Shown here piece after piece: positions 13,135-25,860 of a DNA stretch of 64,000 nucleotides. Source of the stretch: Octopus bimaculoides (Eukaryota); assembly GCF_001194135.2 (NCBI RefSeq), contig NC_068988.1:95294453-95358452 (forward strand). Direction: 5' to 3'. The position numbers were made by a program, and so were the translations under genes. The stretch's first letter is position 1. Every line of letters starts with the position of its first letter. The notes beneath the pieces are model-generated. The model had not been told where the DNA came from. It ran no database searches and saw only the letters and a list, made by a program, of their open reading frames with translations.

Positions 13135-13208
13135 CATTGGAGATTCGAGGATGCGAACTCGGAACCTCTCTGTTGGAAGTCTGATGCATCATCCGCTTAG
13201 CTATGTGA
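13135..13208 (-). mobile_element. tRNA-like head (pseudo-tRNA / SINE 5' end)
   Basis: Minus strand TAGCTAAGCGG (A-box) ..CTTCCAA.. GAGTTCGCATCC (B-box); acceptor and anticodon stems do not pair. Confidence 0.6.
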
Positions 13209-13757
13209 ACATTTACCCATCATCCCTTCCATCCAAACTTTTTGTTTTCTGAAAGATAATTACAATCTTACAATCCTTGCTTTCTTACAAGTTTGTGACG
13301 ATAAGTAATTTTCTAATTGCTTATTCAGTACAATAAAACAAGAGCGAATCTTTAGTATTTTAGAATCAGAACAACTACAACAACAACAATAACAACAACA
13401 ACAACAACTTTATTATATGACATTGTAATTTGTTGAAATAAATTGTCTACAGAAATATAAAAAGAAGGTTGAATGTTTGTACTTCTGAGAACCAATCGAT
13501 TTCTTAACAGACAAATTAGAAATATATTCAATTGTGAAAATAAATAAATGAATAAATAAAATTGGTCGAATTGTTGTGTGTTACACATATGAAGAGGCCT
13601 ACTTTGAGATATTTGATACTTATCTCGGCGTATGTGTGTATGCTAGCGATAAATATGCGTGTGTGTACATAAATATTTGTAGATAGAGACTTATGTCTGC
13701 GCATCTCGATTTGCATAAATTGAGGAGCATAGATGCAAATGTAAGGGGCAGGAGATG

Positions 13758-13800
<43 letters not shown>

Positions 13801-14994
13801 NNNNNNNNNNNNNNNNNNNNNNNNNNNNNNNNNNNNNNNNNNNNNNNNNNNNNNNNNNNNNNNNNNNNNNNNNNNNNNNNNNNNNNNNNNNNNNNNNNNN
13901 NNNNNNNNNNNNNNNNNNNNNNNNNNNNNNNNNNNNNNNNNNNNNNNNNNNNNNNNNNNNNNNNNNNNNNNNNNNNNNNNNNNNNNNNNNNNNNNNNNNN
14001 NNNNNNNNNNNNNNNNNNNNNNNNNNNNNNNNNNNNNNNNNNNNNNNNNNNNNNNNNNNNNNNNNNNNNNNNNNNNNNNNNNNNNNNNNNNNNNNNNNNN
14101 NNNNNNNNNNNNNNNNNNNNNNNNNNNNNNNNNNNNNNNNNNNNNNNNNNNNNNNNNNNNNNNNNNNNNNNNNNNNNNNNNNNNNNNNNNNNNNNNNNNN
14201 NNNNNNNNNNNNNNNNNNNNNNNNNNNNNNNNNNNNNNNNNNNNNNNNNNNNNNNNNNNNNNNNNNNNNNNNNNNNNNNNNNNNNNNNNNNNNNNNNNNN
14301 NNNNNNNNNNNNNNNNNNNNNNNNNNNNNNNNNNNNNNNNNNNNNNNNNNNNNNNNNNNNNNNNNNNNNNNNNNNNNNNNNNNNNNNNNNNNNNNNTATA
14401 TACGTATCTGTCTGATTCGATATATACATACACGCACGTCCACACATACAGACACGCTTACATATGCCTGTGTGTGTGTGTGTGTGTATTTGCAGACACA
14501 GATACATACATACATTCATACATACATACATTCATACATACATACATTCATACATACATACACTATGTATGTATGAAGATAAGATCTTTAGCATTGGAGG
14601 TGATATGTTCATTGACACGGTCTGTTACACACATTCGACATAATGGTCCGTAGTGAAAAGGAATAACAAAAAAATAAATAAAACTTTCACAAGAATATGG
14701 CCGTCAGCAATTGTCTTCAAATTTTCTAACCGAGCTTCTCAGCAAACATCGAAACTCGGCTGCACGTTTGATCCCACCCCCTCCCCATTTTACAGATTCC
14801 AACTTCTATTATCTGTAGCCAACCATTTCTCTTCTTTTTGTTTTTCCTTCTCATTTTTTTTCTTTATATATAAAGATTATTTTTTTGTTGTAGATTTGTA
14901 TTCATTATTATATTTCAAATATTTTCTTTACATTTCCTTCATATCATGTATATATAAATATGTGTCTGTATGTGTGTGCATGTATATGTGCTTG

Positions 14995-15317
<323 letters not shown>

Positions 15318-16253
15318 NNNNNNNNNNNNNNNNNNNNNNNNNNNNNNNNNNNNNNNNNNNNNNNNNNNNNNNNNNNNNNNNNNNNNNNNNNNNNNNNNNN
15401 NNNNNNNNNNNNNNNNNNNNNNNNNNNNNNNNNNNNNNNNNNNNNNNNNNNNNNNATATATAAACACATATATCGTCTATTTTCTTTTTGCCCTTCGTTA
15501 TTTTCAGTCTCAAATTTTTTTTAATATTTTTTATATATTTCTTCTCCAATTTTCTATGTTAATTCATGTTATTCTACCCCGCCCTCAACCCCGCTAAAAA
15601 ATATCTTTTTTCTTATTCATCGTCATTATGAAACTGTGTTATTTTATTTTATTCACTATTTCATTCATTCATTCATTCGTTATTTATTTATTTATTAGTT
15701 ATTTATTGTATTTATATATATTTGCCTTTTATTATATTTATTATTTATTCTATTTATAATGTATTATTTTCTACATTTTTCAGTCTCTAATTTCCCTTTG
15801 TGTGAAATCTCCACAGCGAGATATGTTTTCTGTACAACTCACAGAAATGCTGAACTCACAAAATATGTAAAGTGATGGACATTAAAACGGTCTTTTGGCC
15901 ACGTATCTCAATGTGTTTCTTCATATATCGTCCGCTTTCTGTTGTTCCATGTGTCTTGCTTAAATAATCAGCTTGCTGCGTCTCGGCCCGCTTACTATCG
16001 TTTGGCCATTAATATTGGCATCAAAGATAATAAGGGATCTCTGTAGATGAAGCTTAGGGATTAACTGAAGAGGGGACAGAACATGTAAAGTTTAGGGGTA
16101 CATTTTATTCTCTTCACATATGAAGAGCTGTCACATACACACATATACACACATATACACACACATATGCGCCTCATCACTGTCAGACGTGCAAATATTA
16201 TAAACGCATAAATGGAATACATAGGAAATACTTTGATAGGCAAACACATACGT

Positions 16254-16293
<40 letters not shown>

Positions 16294-16449
16294 TTGTTTA
16301 TAGTCGAGGAAATTACTTTTAAATATATAATATTTAAAAGCAATTTCCTCGAATATAACCTCTCATTCGAATGCGTGGTTGTATGCGCATACGTGTGCGT
16401 GTGGTAACTGCGATTGTGTGTGTGTGTGTGTTTATGTGTATATGTGTGC

Positions 16450-16526
16450 CTGTGTTTGTCCCCCCATTATCACTTGAAACCGATGTTGGTGTGTTTACGT
16501 CCCCGTAACTTAGCGGTTTGGCAAAC
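16450..16526 (+). mobile_element. SINE family B, 3' half fragment
   Basis: gtgtttgtccccc..ccgatgttggtgtgtttacgtccccgtaacttagcggtttggc. Confidence 0.8.
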
Positions 16527-16584
16527 GAAATACCGCCAAGCATTTCGCCCGGTGAGCTCACGTTTCTGCCAGCTCGCCGCCTTG
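16527..16584 (-). mobile_element. SINE family A head
   Basis: gcatttcgcccggtgagctcacgtttctgccagctcgccgcctt. Confidence 0.8.
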
Positions 16585-16910
16585 CGAAACTAAAATATTA
16601 TTTTGTTTAATGTCTCTGTTTAAAAGATATATTAACTGTAAATTAACTAAACTTTTACATGGATCTAATTAACACTTCTCACAGTATTTGAACATGAAAG
16701 CAAGGTCTGGGCCAAGATATTATATAAGAATAATATGTTGCCTTATTTCCAGTTTTAACTGGATATAACCAGCAGGAGTAGGCGAATATAACTGCGATAA
16801 ACATTGAAACCTACTCTATGATTATCGGACGTTACGCAGGCTTGAAAGATCGAATTTATGTGATTCCAATCGATCCATCCCACGATGTATGATCTCAACA
16901 CTTCTGACCT

Positions 16911-16952
16911 TCTTTCAACAATTTTGCCCTTGAGGGCAAAATTGTTGAAAGA
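16911..16952. repeat. Perfect 20-bp inverted repeat
   Basis: TCTTTCAACAATTTTGCCCT-TG-AGGGCAAAATTGTTGAAAGA. Confidence 0.9.
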
Positions 16953-17262
16953 GAAGTGAAAAAACATTAGGGATTGAAACCGTGATGTTTCTTGGCGTCA
17001 TTTTGTGGTTTACAGTCGCCAATAGGCTTCAACGAGATATGACTCTCTCACAATTTAATCTCATTTGGTCTCTGACCTTTTCTCAATCTAAGAAACATCA
17101 CAATATCAAAAGTACTAGAAATGACAGGAGCGTTCAGAGTGGAGGTGAGAGGTTATCAGACTAACTAACCCAGTAATTTCAAGTTCGTGCCTTATCTCAA
17201 TTCTACACTCCACCTAGATCTAATTAAGTGTCACAATTATAAATTCTCTCACTACGCTTAGA

Positions 17263-17299
17263 TTGCTGACGAGATCCAATAAGACTAAAACATGTCCGA
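17263..17299 (+). ncRNA. Decayed hammerhead motif (G12A)
   Basis: TTG-CTGACGA-GATC-caataa-GACT-AAAA-CATG-TC-CGA; palindromic ACATGT stem III and GUC triplet. Confidence 0.5.
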
Positions 17300-17441
17300 C
17301 AAAAATGTATCAGTTTTTCTCTTAAACATGACAATTTTTATTTCATCATTTCTTACTCTCTCGAGATTTTCTTCCCTTTTTGAATCACTAACAAATGCGC
17401 CACCTGTTTTCTGTTTTTTCTAACAAAATGCACACATTTCA

Positions 17442-17480
<39 letters not shown>

Positions 17481-17526
17481 CATCATCATCATCATCATCG
17501 TCATCATCATCATCATCATCATCATC

Positions 17527-17558
<32 letters not shown>

Positions 17559-17561
17559 CAT

Positions 17562-17719
17562 TCGTCCATTTTACGTTCTGAGTTCAAATATTGCCGAGGT
17601 CGATTTTTCCTTTCATCTTTTCGGGGTCGATAAATTAAGTACCAGCGGAACACTGGGGTCGATGTAATCGACTAGCCCCCTCCCCACAAATCCCAGGCCT
17701 TGTGTCTTTTGTAGAAAGG

Positions 17720-17722
<3 letters not shown>
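17562..17722 (+). mobile_element. SINE family A, 5' truncated, flanked by (TAT)n
   Basis: acgttctgagttcaaat..ggggtcgataaattaagtaccag..ggggtcgatgtaatcgact. Confidence 0.85.
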
Positions 17723-17791
<69 letters not shown>

Positions 17792-18814
17792 TGCACATAT
17801 TCTTCAGTACATAAATCAATCAGTCCCTACTTGATTAATTTCTCTCCATGCATTGCGTGTTTTTGCGATATGTCTCTTATCTCGATTGTGTGCGCAAGAA
17901 AAATCCGAATGACCTAAATGTACAATAAACATTGCAAACTTAGTAATCTTCTTAAATACTGAGAGGAGTGTCTAAGCAACAAATGTGTCACTGATTCATA
18001 ATAATCAGGTTCGTTTCCTCTCGGAGCTTGAAACACCATAGAAAAAGAAAAACTGACATCGCGACTTTTTATTTTTTCAAGACCACTGGCAGCTCTTCAC
18101 CGTTTCTTAGTAGTGAACCTTACAAACATTTAGTAGTCCACCTCACAATGTACTAAACAATAATTTCAGAATGCATTGATATAAATTTAGATAGATATCC
18201 GTTCTTGAGTCAGAAACGAAAAGAAAATTTCTCATAAAACAGCAACAGGAAATATGATAATTGAAAGACGGTTTGGAGAAGGAACTAAAGGAAACTCGCA
18301 CGATGTTTGTGGAATAAAACTCTATCGCACGAAAATAAATGTTTTCCCCTCACAAAAAAGAAAGTCACTTCTTCTTCCAACCAATTATATCTTTGCAATT
18401 TCAACCAATGAAACAGACTGTCATCACAGAAAAAAAATCTCTTAAATCAATCGACAAAATGGGAACAAGTTGGAATATATTTACTCCCAGCAATAACATC
18501 TAAGAAGTCTTTAGATTTAATAATATCTGGCTATCAATATTTATATAGAAAGTAAATTTTAAAAAAAAGGAACCTTATTTATATACCCACTTCTCAGTTT
18601 TTAGTGATAATATATGTTGTTCTTATCAAAAGTCGAACAATTCCATGATAAGACGATTTTTGGCAACCAACTCTGTTTCGTTGTTTTAGCTTCTAATTGA
18701 CTTGTGACCTTATTTATCCATGGCTAATTCCGTCTCTAACATTTAACCGAACCAGACCGGTGGATGGACAGATTCGGGAAAAAGTCGGACAAAATGACGG
18801 GTGCTGTTTAGTTA

Positions 18815-18935
18815 TTGCTCTTTACGGTTTTCAATTGAAATCCTGCTGAGGTCAACTTTGTCTTTCATCTGCCCAGGATCGATAAAATAAACTACTAATC
18901 GAGAACTGGGGTCGATTTAATCGACTATACCCTCT
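18815..18935 (+). mobile_element. SINE family A, degenerate
   Basis: gaggtcaactttgtctttcatc..gatcgataaaataactact..ggggtcgatttaatcgact. Confidence 0.7.
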
Positions 18936-19124
18936 ACAGAATACATGGCAATTTGCCAATGTCAGGAATCAATATTTAACCAGACCTCCATGCTAGCATG
19001 GAAAGCGGACGTTGAACGATGATGATGATGATGATGACCTCCATACAAAGTTCTTTTGTTTCGGGGATACTAACAATCAGGCATATATTTATACGCATAG
19101 ACGTAGAGAATCGGATATACATAA

Positions 19125-19166
<42 letters not shown>

Positions 19167-19748
19167 AAACATACACAAACACATACATTCTCATAAGTAA
19201 ACGCATTCACACAAATACACAAATTTATATCTACACATGTATATGTATGATGTACGTTTGGGTGTGTGCGTGTGTAATATATATATAAGCATTCGGGTGC
19301 CTATATACACATACATTCAAACACGCACACACTCAAACGCGCGGGCGAACCCATACATACACACATATACATTTGGGTGTATGAAAGGGCAGGAAAACAT
19401 CCCAGTCTATGTTCAAACTCTATTTGAAGGGGTCATTTCCCTCGTCCCCACATTCATTCAGATAATAACAAACCGAACAAGCAAATGGTTTCTCAACGAC
19501 ATCCCTCTGGAAGGGTCAAAACATGAAAGAATTTTCTAAATTTTGATGGAAAATCCAGTTCCAGTTTCTTCCTTCGTGGAAGAATACTGATAAATAAATA
19601 TTTGAGAAAGACATGCATAAACGCTTTTATTGCTATTTCTAATTCTTCTTGGTGAAGGATACATAGAGCATGTGATTTTATCGCGTTGATGGTATAACCA
19701 ACCAGCTTGCAGTTGGTCAATCGGATAGTTTGCTTAGTATCAATAGTG

Positions 19749-19960
19749 ATTTCAAATTTTGGTACAAGGCCAGCAATTTCGGGAGAGGAAAAAAGGCAAT
19801 TAGATCGACCCCAGTACTCCACTGGTACTTATTTTATCAACCCCGCAATGATGAAAGGCAAAGTCGACCTCGGTGGATTTGAACTCAGAACGTAAAGACG
19901 GACAAAATGCTGATAACCATTGTGCCTGCCGTGTTAAAGATTATACAAGCTCGCGGCCTT
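19749..19960 (-). mobile_element. SINE family A
   Basis: gatgaaaggcaaagtcgacctcggtggatttgaactcagaacgtaa. Confidence 0.85.
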
Positions 19961-20495
19961 CTTGTTGGTATTAAAATCATAATACTTACATGAGTGATAT
20001 ATTGGTACACCACATTTCACTATTCGCAGGAAATTAGTTGTAATTAAAAGTATTTTTCCAAAACATATACTTTCGACTCCGCGTTTCAGAAGTCAGAAGG
20101 CTGCATAAAAATGTTCTACTAATGAGAATGCGACCATTTCAACAACCGACCTAAATGCATTGAAACTTTTGATTCCATCGTTCATTAGCTCCCAGACGTA
20201 GTAGGATAGTGATGTACATTCATATGCATACAAATATATATTGAAAGAGAGAGAGAGAAAGAGTTCTATAAAACTGTGGATGACTAAATGGGTAGAGTAG
20301 CAGAAAATTAATCAATAAGTCGGCGTTTTATATCACGGCCTTCAGACGGCTCTCAGCCTGTGTTTCACTACTTTAATGATCAAAACTAGCCAACCACATT
20401 TTCAAGAAATAAAACTGTTGGGGCGGTTCATTATCCCAATCCGCAGAGGTACTGTTAAGTCACCAGTGATTTCCAACAATCTTGTACTGATATTA

Positions 20496-20542
<47 letters not shown>

Positions 20543-22269
20543 CTTAAGTACATGTGTACGTGCGTATGAAATATAACACATGTGCGTATGAATGGATGTG
20601 TGTGTGTGTATCCCATTCAATAGAAGTATTTATATTGTTTTAAATAAAAGAAACCAGAGAGAAGCCTCATCGTCACATTATCATCAAGATCGTCGTCAAC
20701 AACAGCAACATACCATAAAAATTACCATTATCTTCATCATTGTCGTCGTTGTCGTCTTCAATGCCACCATTTCTTACTGTTTTCGTGTTCTTCATAATGG
20801 CGTTGAAGGTGTTTGTTGGCAGTAACAATAGTCATAGGAAAAAGTGCCAGAATGACTGGGGTTTTTTTGTTCTTGTTTTAATTGTTATCGCTGTTGTTGC
20901 TTTTTTTTTCGTTTTTATTTTGCATTTAAAAACTCGCAAACTCTTCTTAGATTATCAATTTCCAAGTTTCGTTCAATTTAAACACTGTTTCGCATATATC
21001 TCGATCCGAATATCCATTTCTCTGCACAAAAGTAAAACCGTTCTGATGTTTGTTTACTGTCTTTTATTCTGTAAATGGTTTTGCTGCAGGGCAACTGTCG
21101 CTTGTCTATTTGTTGGTTTCTATTCCACGCCATGGCCATATTTAACAGTCGTTTCACGTTTCTTTACTTTTGTTACACGAGCAGAAATCTAAAACGGCAA
21201 TTCTCTTCGTTCCTTCATTTCGAAGGAAGAAATTCGAAAGGCATATTGAAAAGAAATGACGGTAACAGAACTAATCTGAATGTGAATATAAAGAAGAAAA
21301 AAAAATACATGGAAATACCATGTTTATCTATTAACAGGTCGTTAGAGCTTTCTTTACTTGTCTCTTTTTGGTATATTTTGGAAAAGTTAGCCTTGGAACT
21401 ATCACGAAATCACGTAATATTTTTACCACAAAACAGATGTGTCTACACTCTTTTTTTTTTTATTTCTCACCTAACCAAATTAATCCCACTGATAAAAGAC
21501 AAATATTGTATTAGCTGTACAAAAGATGTCAAGCAAACTTAATTTGATAGTGTAATAGAATCAGGAAAAGTGCTCAGCGACGGATCATTCAAGGCTAAAC
21601 TCAAAGTAGCCGTGACGCTGTTTTCCTGGTAAAGTTTATATCGGTTGACATTCAATTTTCCTCAACTTGTTTTTGATTTCGTCTTAAACTATTAGGAATT
21701 CTTCACACTTCACTAGAATACATTAAAGAATTATCGCATTAAAAAAAAGTTGTTATTCCATGACTTATTTTATTACTGTAAATCAAGAGAAAACAGGGCA
21801 TGATTTAAAGGAAGGTATCCAGCATTGGTTAAATAAACTCAGAAACAAACTTTGCACGAAGACTGTGCTATAGCATGGCCGTAACCATGATAGATAAAAC
21901 CATCTACAGAACTAACGAAAGGAAACAGTGAGTTTATAAGACTAGAAATTCAAATTTGATGAGATAATAAGGCGCCCAGAAATTTGATGTCAGGTCCGTT
22001 GCAAGATTCTAACGTAAGGAATAAAGTCAATAACAATTTCCATAACTTTGTGCGACCATTTCTGTGGCTTTTCTATTTGTAGAGACAGACAATAACAGGT
22101 GACCAACTCTATTGATTTTCAATGAAGAAGAAAAGAAGGGAAATTGTAAGAATCAGAAAATAATGGTCTCCCATATATATATATATATATGGCTGTTGCT
22201 GGATTAATTTAAAATACCATTAATATATATAGTCTTACTCTTCCTTTTGACTCTTTTCCTTTTTACTTT

Positions 22270-22347
<78 letters not shown>

Positions 22348-22389
22348 GGATGGATGTATGCATCTGCCGTCGTGTTGTGAACCGGTTTA

Positions 22390-23095
22390 ACTTCTTCCGC
22401 AGACGTCCTCAACATTTTAACATATCACCGGCCGAATTCTCGGACCTTTCGGACCTTCAGTATCTCTGACGCCGCAAAGACATCATCATAAAAACGGCTG
22501 GCAAGTGTGGAGCTATGGTAGTATGGCGCTCAGACCTCTACAAGGCTGAAGCTCTCCGCCAACTTCAAGACACCGCCTTCTATTGCTCTCTGTCCCCCAA
22601 CCCCACGCCCAGCTACCAACAGACTGTGTCCTCCACTCTCATGACCTCATCTCCTCCTCCCGTCTCCCTCCCGCCGCCTCCAACCTCATTATCCGCACTC
22701 TGCGCACCCCACCATTTACTTCTTTCCCAAAATCACAAGCCCAACAACCCTGACCACCCCATCCTTTCCGCCTGTAACTGTCCCACGGAACTGATTTCGA
22801 AATACCTCGACCAAGTCCTTGCCTCCTAGTGGCTTCCCTCACCTCCCACATCCACGACACTAACTATGTTCTCCGTCTCTTCAACTCTTTCTTCTTCCCT
22901 CCTGGCCCTTCTAAACTTCTCTTCACTCTTGATATCAAGAGTCTATATACGGTGATCCCGTACAACGAAGGACTTTTTGCACTCAAACACTTCCTAGACT
23001 CTCGACCCAACCCCCAACCTGAAACCTCCACATTTCTTCGTCTGGTCGAACTTGTTCACTTCCTCAACTACTTCTCGTTCGCGAGGAATTTTTAA
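22390..23095 (+). mobile_element. Penelope-like element fragment, reverse transcriptase N-terminal half, frameshifted
   Basis: GC-rich island; NISPAEF..KDIIIKTAGKCGAMVVWRSDLYKAEALRQLQD (PLE IKPADKGG motif) and LFTLDIKSLYTVIP (RT motif A); ends at FSFARNF before motif B. Confidence 0.9.
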
Positions 23096-23925
23096 ACAAA
23101 TATTTTAAACAAATTACACAGCATGATGTAAACAGATAAGTATAAGCAGACTGGTAAATTCACTGGAATACGACGAATTAAGGTGGCTTATCTCTGAAAT
23201 ACTTTTCTATTTATATCATGATATTTAATTCTGCTGTTCATTTTGTTCGCTCCATAAAACTAAGAAACAATCGCAATATCTGTTTAGTTGATAAAGCTGC
23301 AGCTCCGCCAGTGATGTTCGCCTCATCTTCAATTGATACACAACGTCCAGCGAGAAAACATTAATGGTCTGACACCGGATTCTCCCGTCGGCATTCTCTG
23401 ATCGCTCTTTCGCCGTATCAAAATACAAAAACTATCTCAAGTTACCATCGCTAAGAGAACAGCATACAGCATAATTGTATTTGAACGACACGTCATATAT
23501 CTAGTGAAGACCGCCTCATGTCTATCAGTATATGATTATATTATGATTTTGTCACTGGAGATTCCTCACTAAGACTCGCTTACATTTCTGTTGGAATTCC
23601 GTTGTTTAGCAATTGTGCAATATTCAGGTGTTGGTATCTAGCACTTGATATCCTCTGCTCCTCTGACATCGGGGAGTTTAGCACCATGGCACCGCTCGTC
23701 TTTCCAAACGCTTTCTACTTCGAATTAATAACTACTGAAATCGATACCGAACATTCATTTCTAGCCTAGCAGACAGATATGCCATTCAGTCGTTATATAT
23801 TGTATTACCGATAATTTTTCTAATTAATGAACGAAATCAGAACAAAAGGTCGACGGTGTTTCTTTAGCAGAGGAGAGCTTTCTCTTCCCACTCAGATTTT
23901 TAAAAATCAGATATCAACATTTGTA

Positions 23926-23957
<32 letters not shown>

Positions 23958-24550
23958 ATTGCTAGAGAGTGAGATTAAAAGAAAGGGAGGAAATATAGAG
24001 AGATTTGTTGATAGCCAGACACACATATGGTATCAGTGAGTGAAAATTGTGAGTGTATAATAGTGTGTGTGTGTATGTGTGTATGTGTGAGTGCGTGCGA
24101 ATGTGTGTAATCAGAGAAAGAAGGATGGCTGTTGCTGGATTAATTTAACATACCATTCGTTTAAGTTATGTTTGTGAGTTCAAATCTCCAAGCGATTATC
24201 TACAATTTCTAACCTGAACTCAATAATATAAGTCATGTAACACAAACTACTTAACCAACCATTGCAAGATTTGATCCTACGATGGTGTAGTGATGGCATA
24301 AATTATAATTGATTAAATTATGATACTAGGGGGATGAAAAGATCATTAGCTTAATGATTAATTGGGGTCAAAGTACGCAGGTGGACACACTGAAAATGTT
24401 CAATAAATGTAAGTGACTAAAAATAAGATTGAAACACGTAGGGTGGATTTCACTTTGATAATGTGATGACAACTTTGGACATGTTTCTGTATTATAAATC
24501 TCTTCAGTGCAGAGTAATGCCATCTAAGGGTTCTCTTAGACAAAGAGAGA

Positions 24551-24590
<40 letters not shown>

Positions 24591-25290
24591 NNNNNNNNNN
24601 NNNNNNNNNNNNNNNNNNNNNNNNNNNNNNNNNNNNNNNNNNNNNNNNNNNNNNNNNNNNNNNNNNNNNNNNNNNNNNNNNNNNNNNNNNNNNNNNNNNN
24701 NNNNNNNNNNNNNNNNNNNNNNNNNNNNNNNNNNNNNNNNNNNNNNNNNNNNNNNNNNNNNNNNNNNNNNNNNNNNNNNNNNNNNNNNNNNNNNNNNNNN
24801 NNNNNNNNNNNNNNNNNNNNNNNNNNNNNNNNNNNNNNNNNNNNNNNNNNNNNNNNNNNNNNNNNNNNNNNNNNNNNNNNNNNNNNNNNNNNNNNNNNNN
24901 NNNNNNNNNNNNNNNNNNNNNNNNNNNNNNNNNNNNNNNNNNNNNNNNNNNNNNNNNNNNNNNNNNNNNNNNNNNNNNNNNNNNNNNNNNNNNNNNNNNN
25001 NNNNNNNNNNNNNNNNNNNNNNNNNNNNNNNNNNNNNNNNNNACTGGTGAATGTTTGTCATTTATTTTAGTGTATCTTTCGTTGTTTCTCAAAAGAACCT
25101 GTCTTACAATATGCCTTTTGTAAGATTTGTGTGAAAAAACATTAACGCTTTCCCAGAGATAAATTGGTGGCTTTCCTAATTTCTTTAATGAAACAGGTGC
25201 AAATAGTAAACTGACGTTTATAGGTAGCTAGTTAGTTAAATAGACAGAGAGACAGACGGACAGACAGATAGATAGATAGATAGATCGATC

Positions 25291-25345
<55 letters not shown>

Positions 25346-25619
25346 GGCTACCTACACCCACACACGCAAACTGTCGCATATATTTGTATGCATTGGGGCA
25401 CGTACAACCACATGCCCACCTGAGTATGGAGGTATGGCTGCTTTGTGTGTAGTTTAAGAGTTTCTATGCGTCCATAACTTACTGAGATTCAGCAGTTTAA
25501 GGACGCGTCGTGGATAAACATGATGAATGGACATTACTTTCCTAGCTAGCGCAATCCATCTCTGCCTTTTTACGTACGTATGGATACATGCTCACACATA
25601 CACCACACGCGCGCACACT

Positions 25620-25776
25620 CGAAGGGGCGCTGAAAAGTTTCTGGCTTTATGGGGGTCGCGAAAGGCCTGGTTGGGAACCCAACCTTCCGAGTTCTTTTAC
25701 AGGGCTTAGAAAAACTGAAGGACCGCTGCAATAAGTGTGTGAATCTGAGAGGGGAATACGTTGAATAAAATCATAA
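25620..25776 (+). mobile_element. Internally deleted mariner element
   Basis: Begins CGAAGGGGCGCTGAAAAGTT (mariner-like TIR); ends with KAWLGTQPSEFF / QGLEKLKDRCNKCVNLRGEYVE*, matching a mariner transposase C-terminus with one frame slip. Confidence 0.75.
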
Positions 25777-25793
25777 TGTGTGTGGGGGGGTGT

Positions 25794-25860
25794 GGCATAC
25801 GCGTGGCTGCGTAGTAAGACGCTTGATTCCCAACCATATAGTTCTGGATTCAGTCCCGTG
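25794..25860 (+). mobile_element. SINE family B head
   Basis: gcgtggctgcgtagtaagacgcttgattcccaacca..ggattcagtccc. Confidence 0.7.

Noticed and set aside
13135-13208. tRNA-Gly(TCC) gene
   Set aside because: A and B boxes are present but acceptor and anticodon stems do not pair.
19370-19515. Minus-strand EKPFACSVC after a strong acceptor (C2H2 linker look-alike)
   Set aside because: No His pair follows and the frame stops after 28 codons.
21780-21880. DLKEGIQHWLNKL, weak mariner C-terminus echo
   Set aside because: Too short and diverged, no TIR found.
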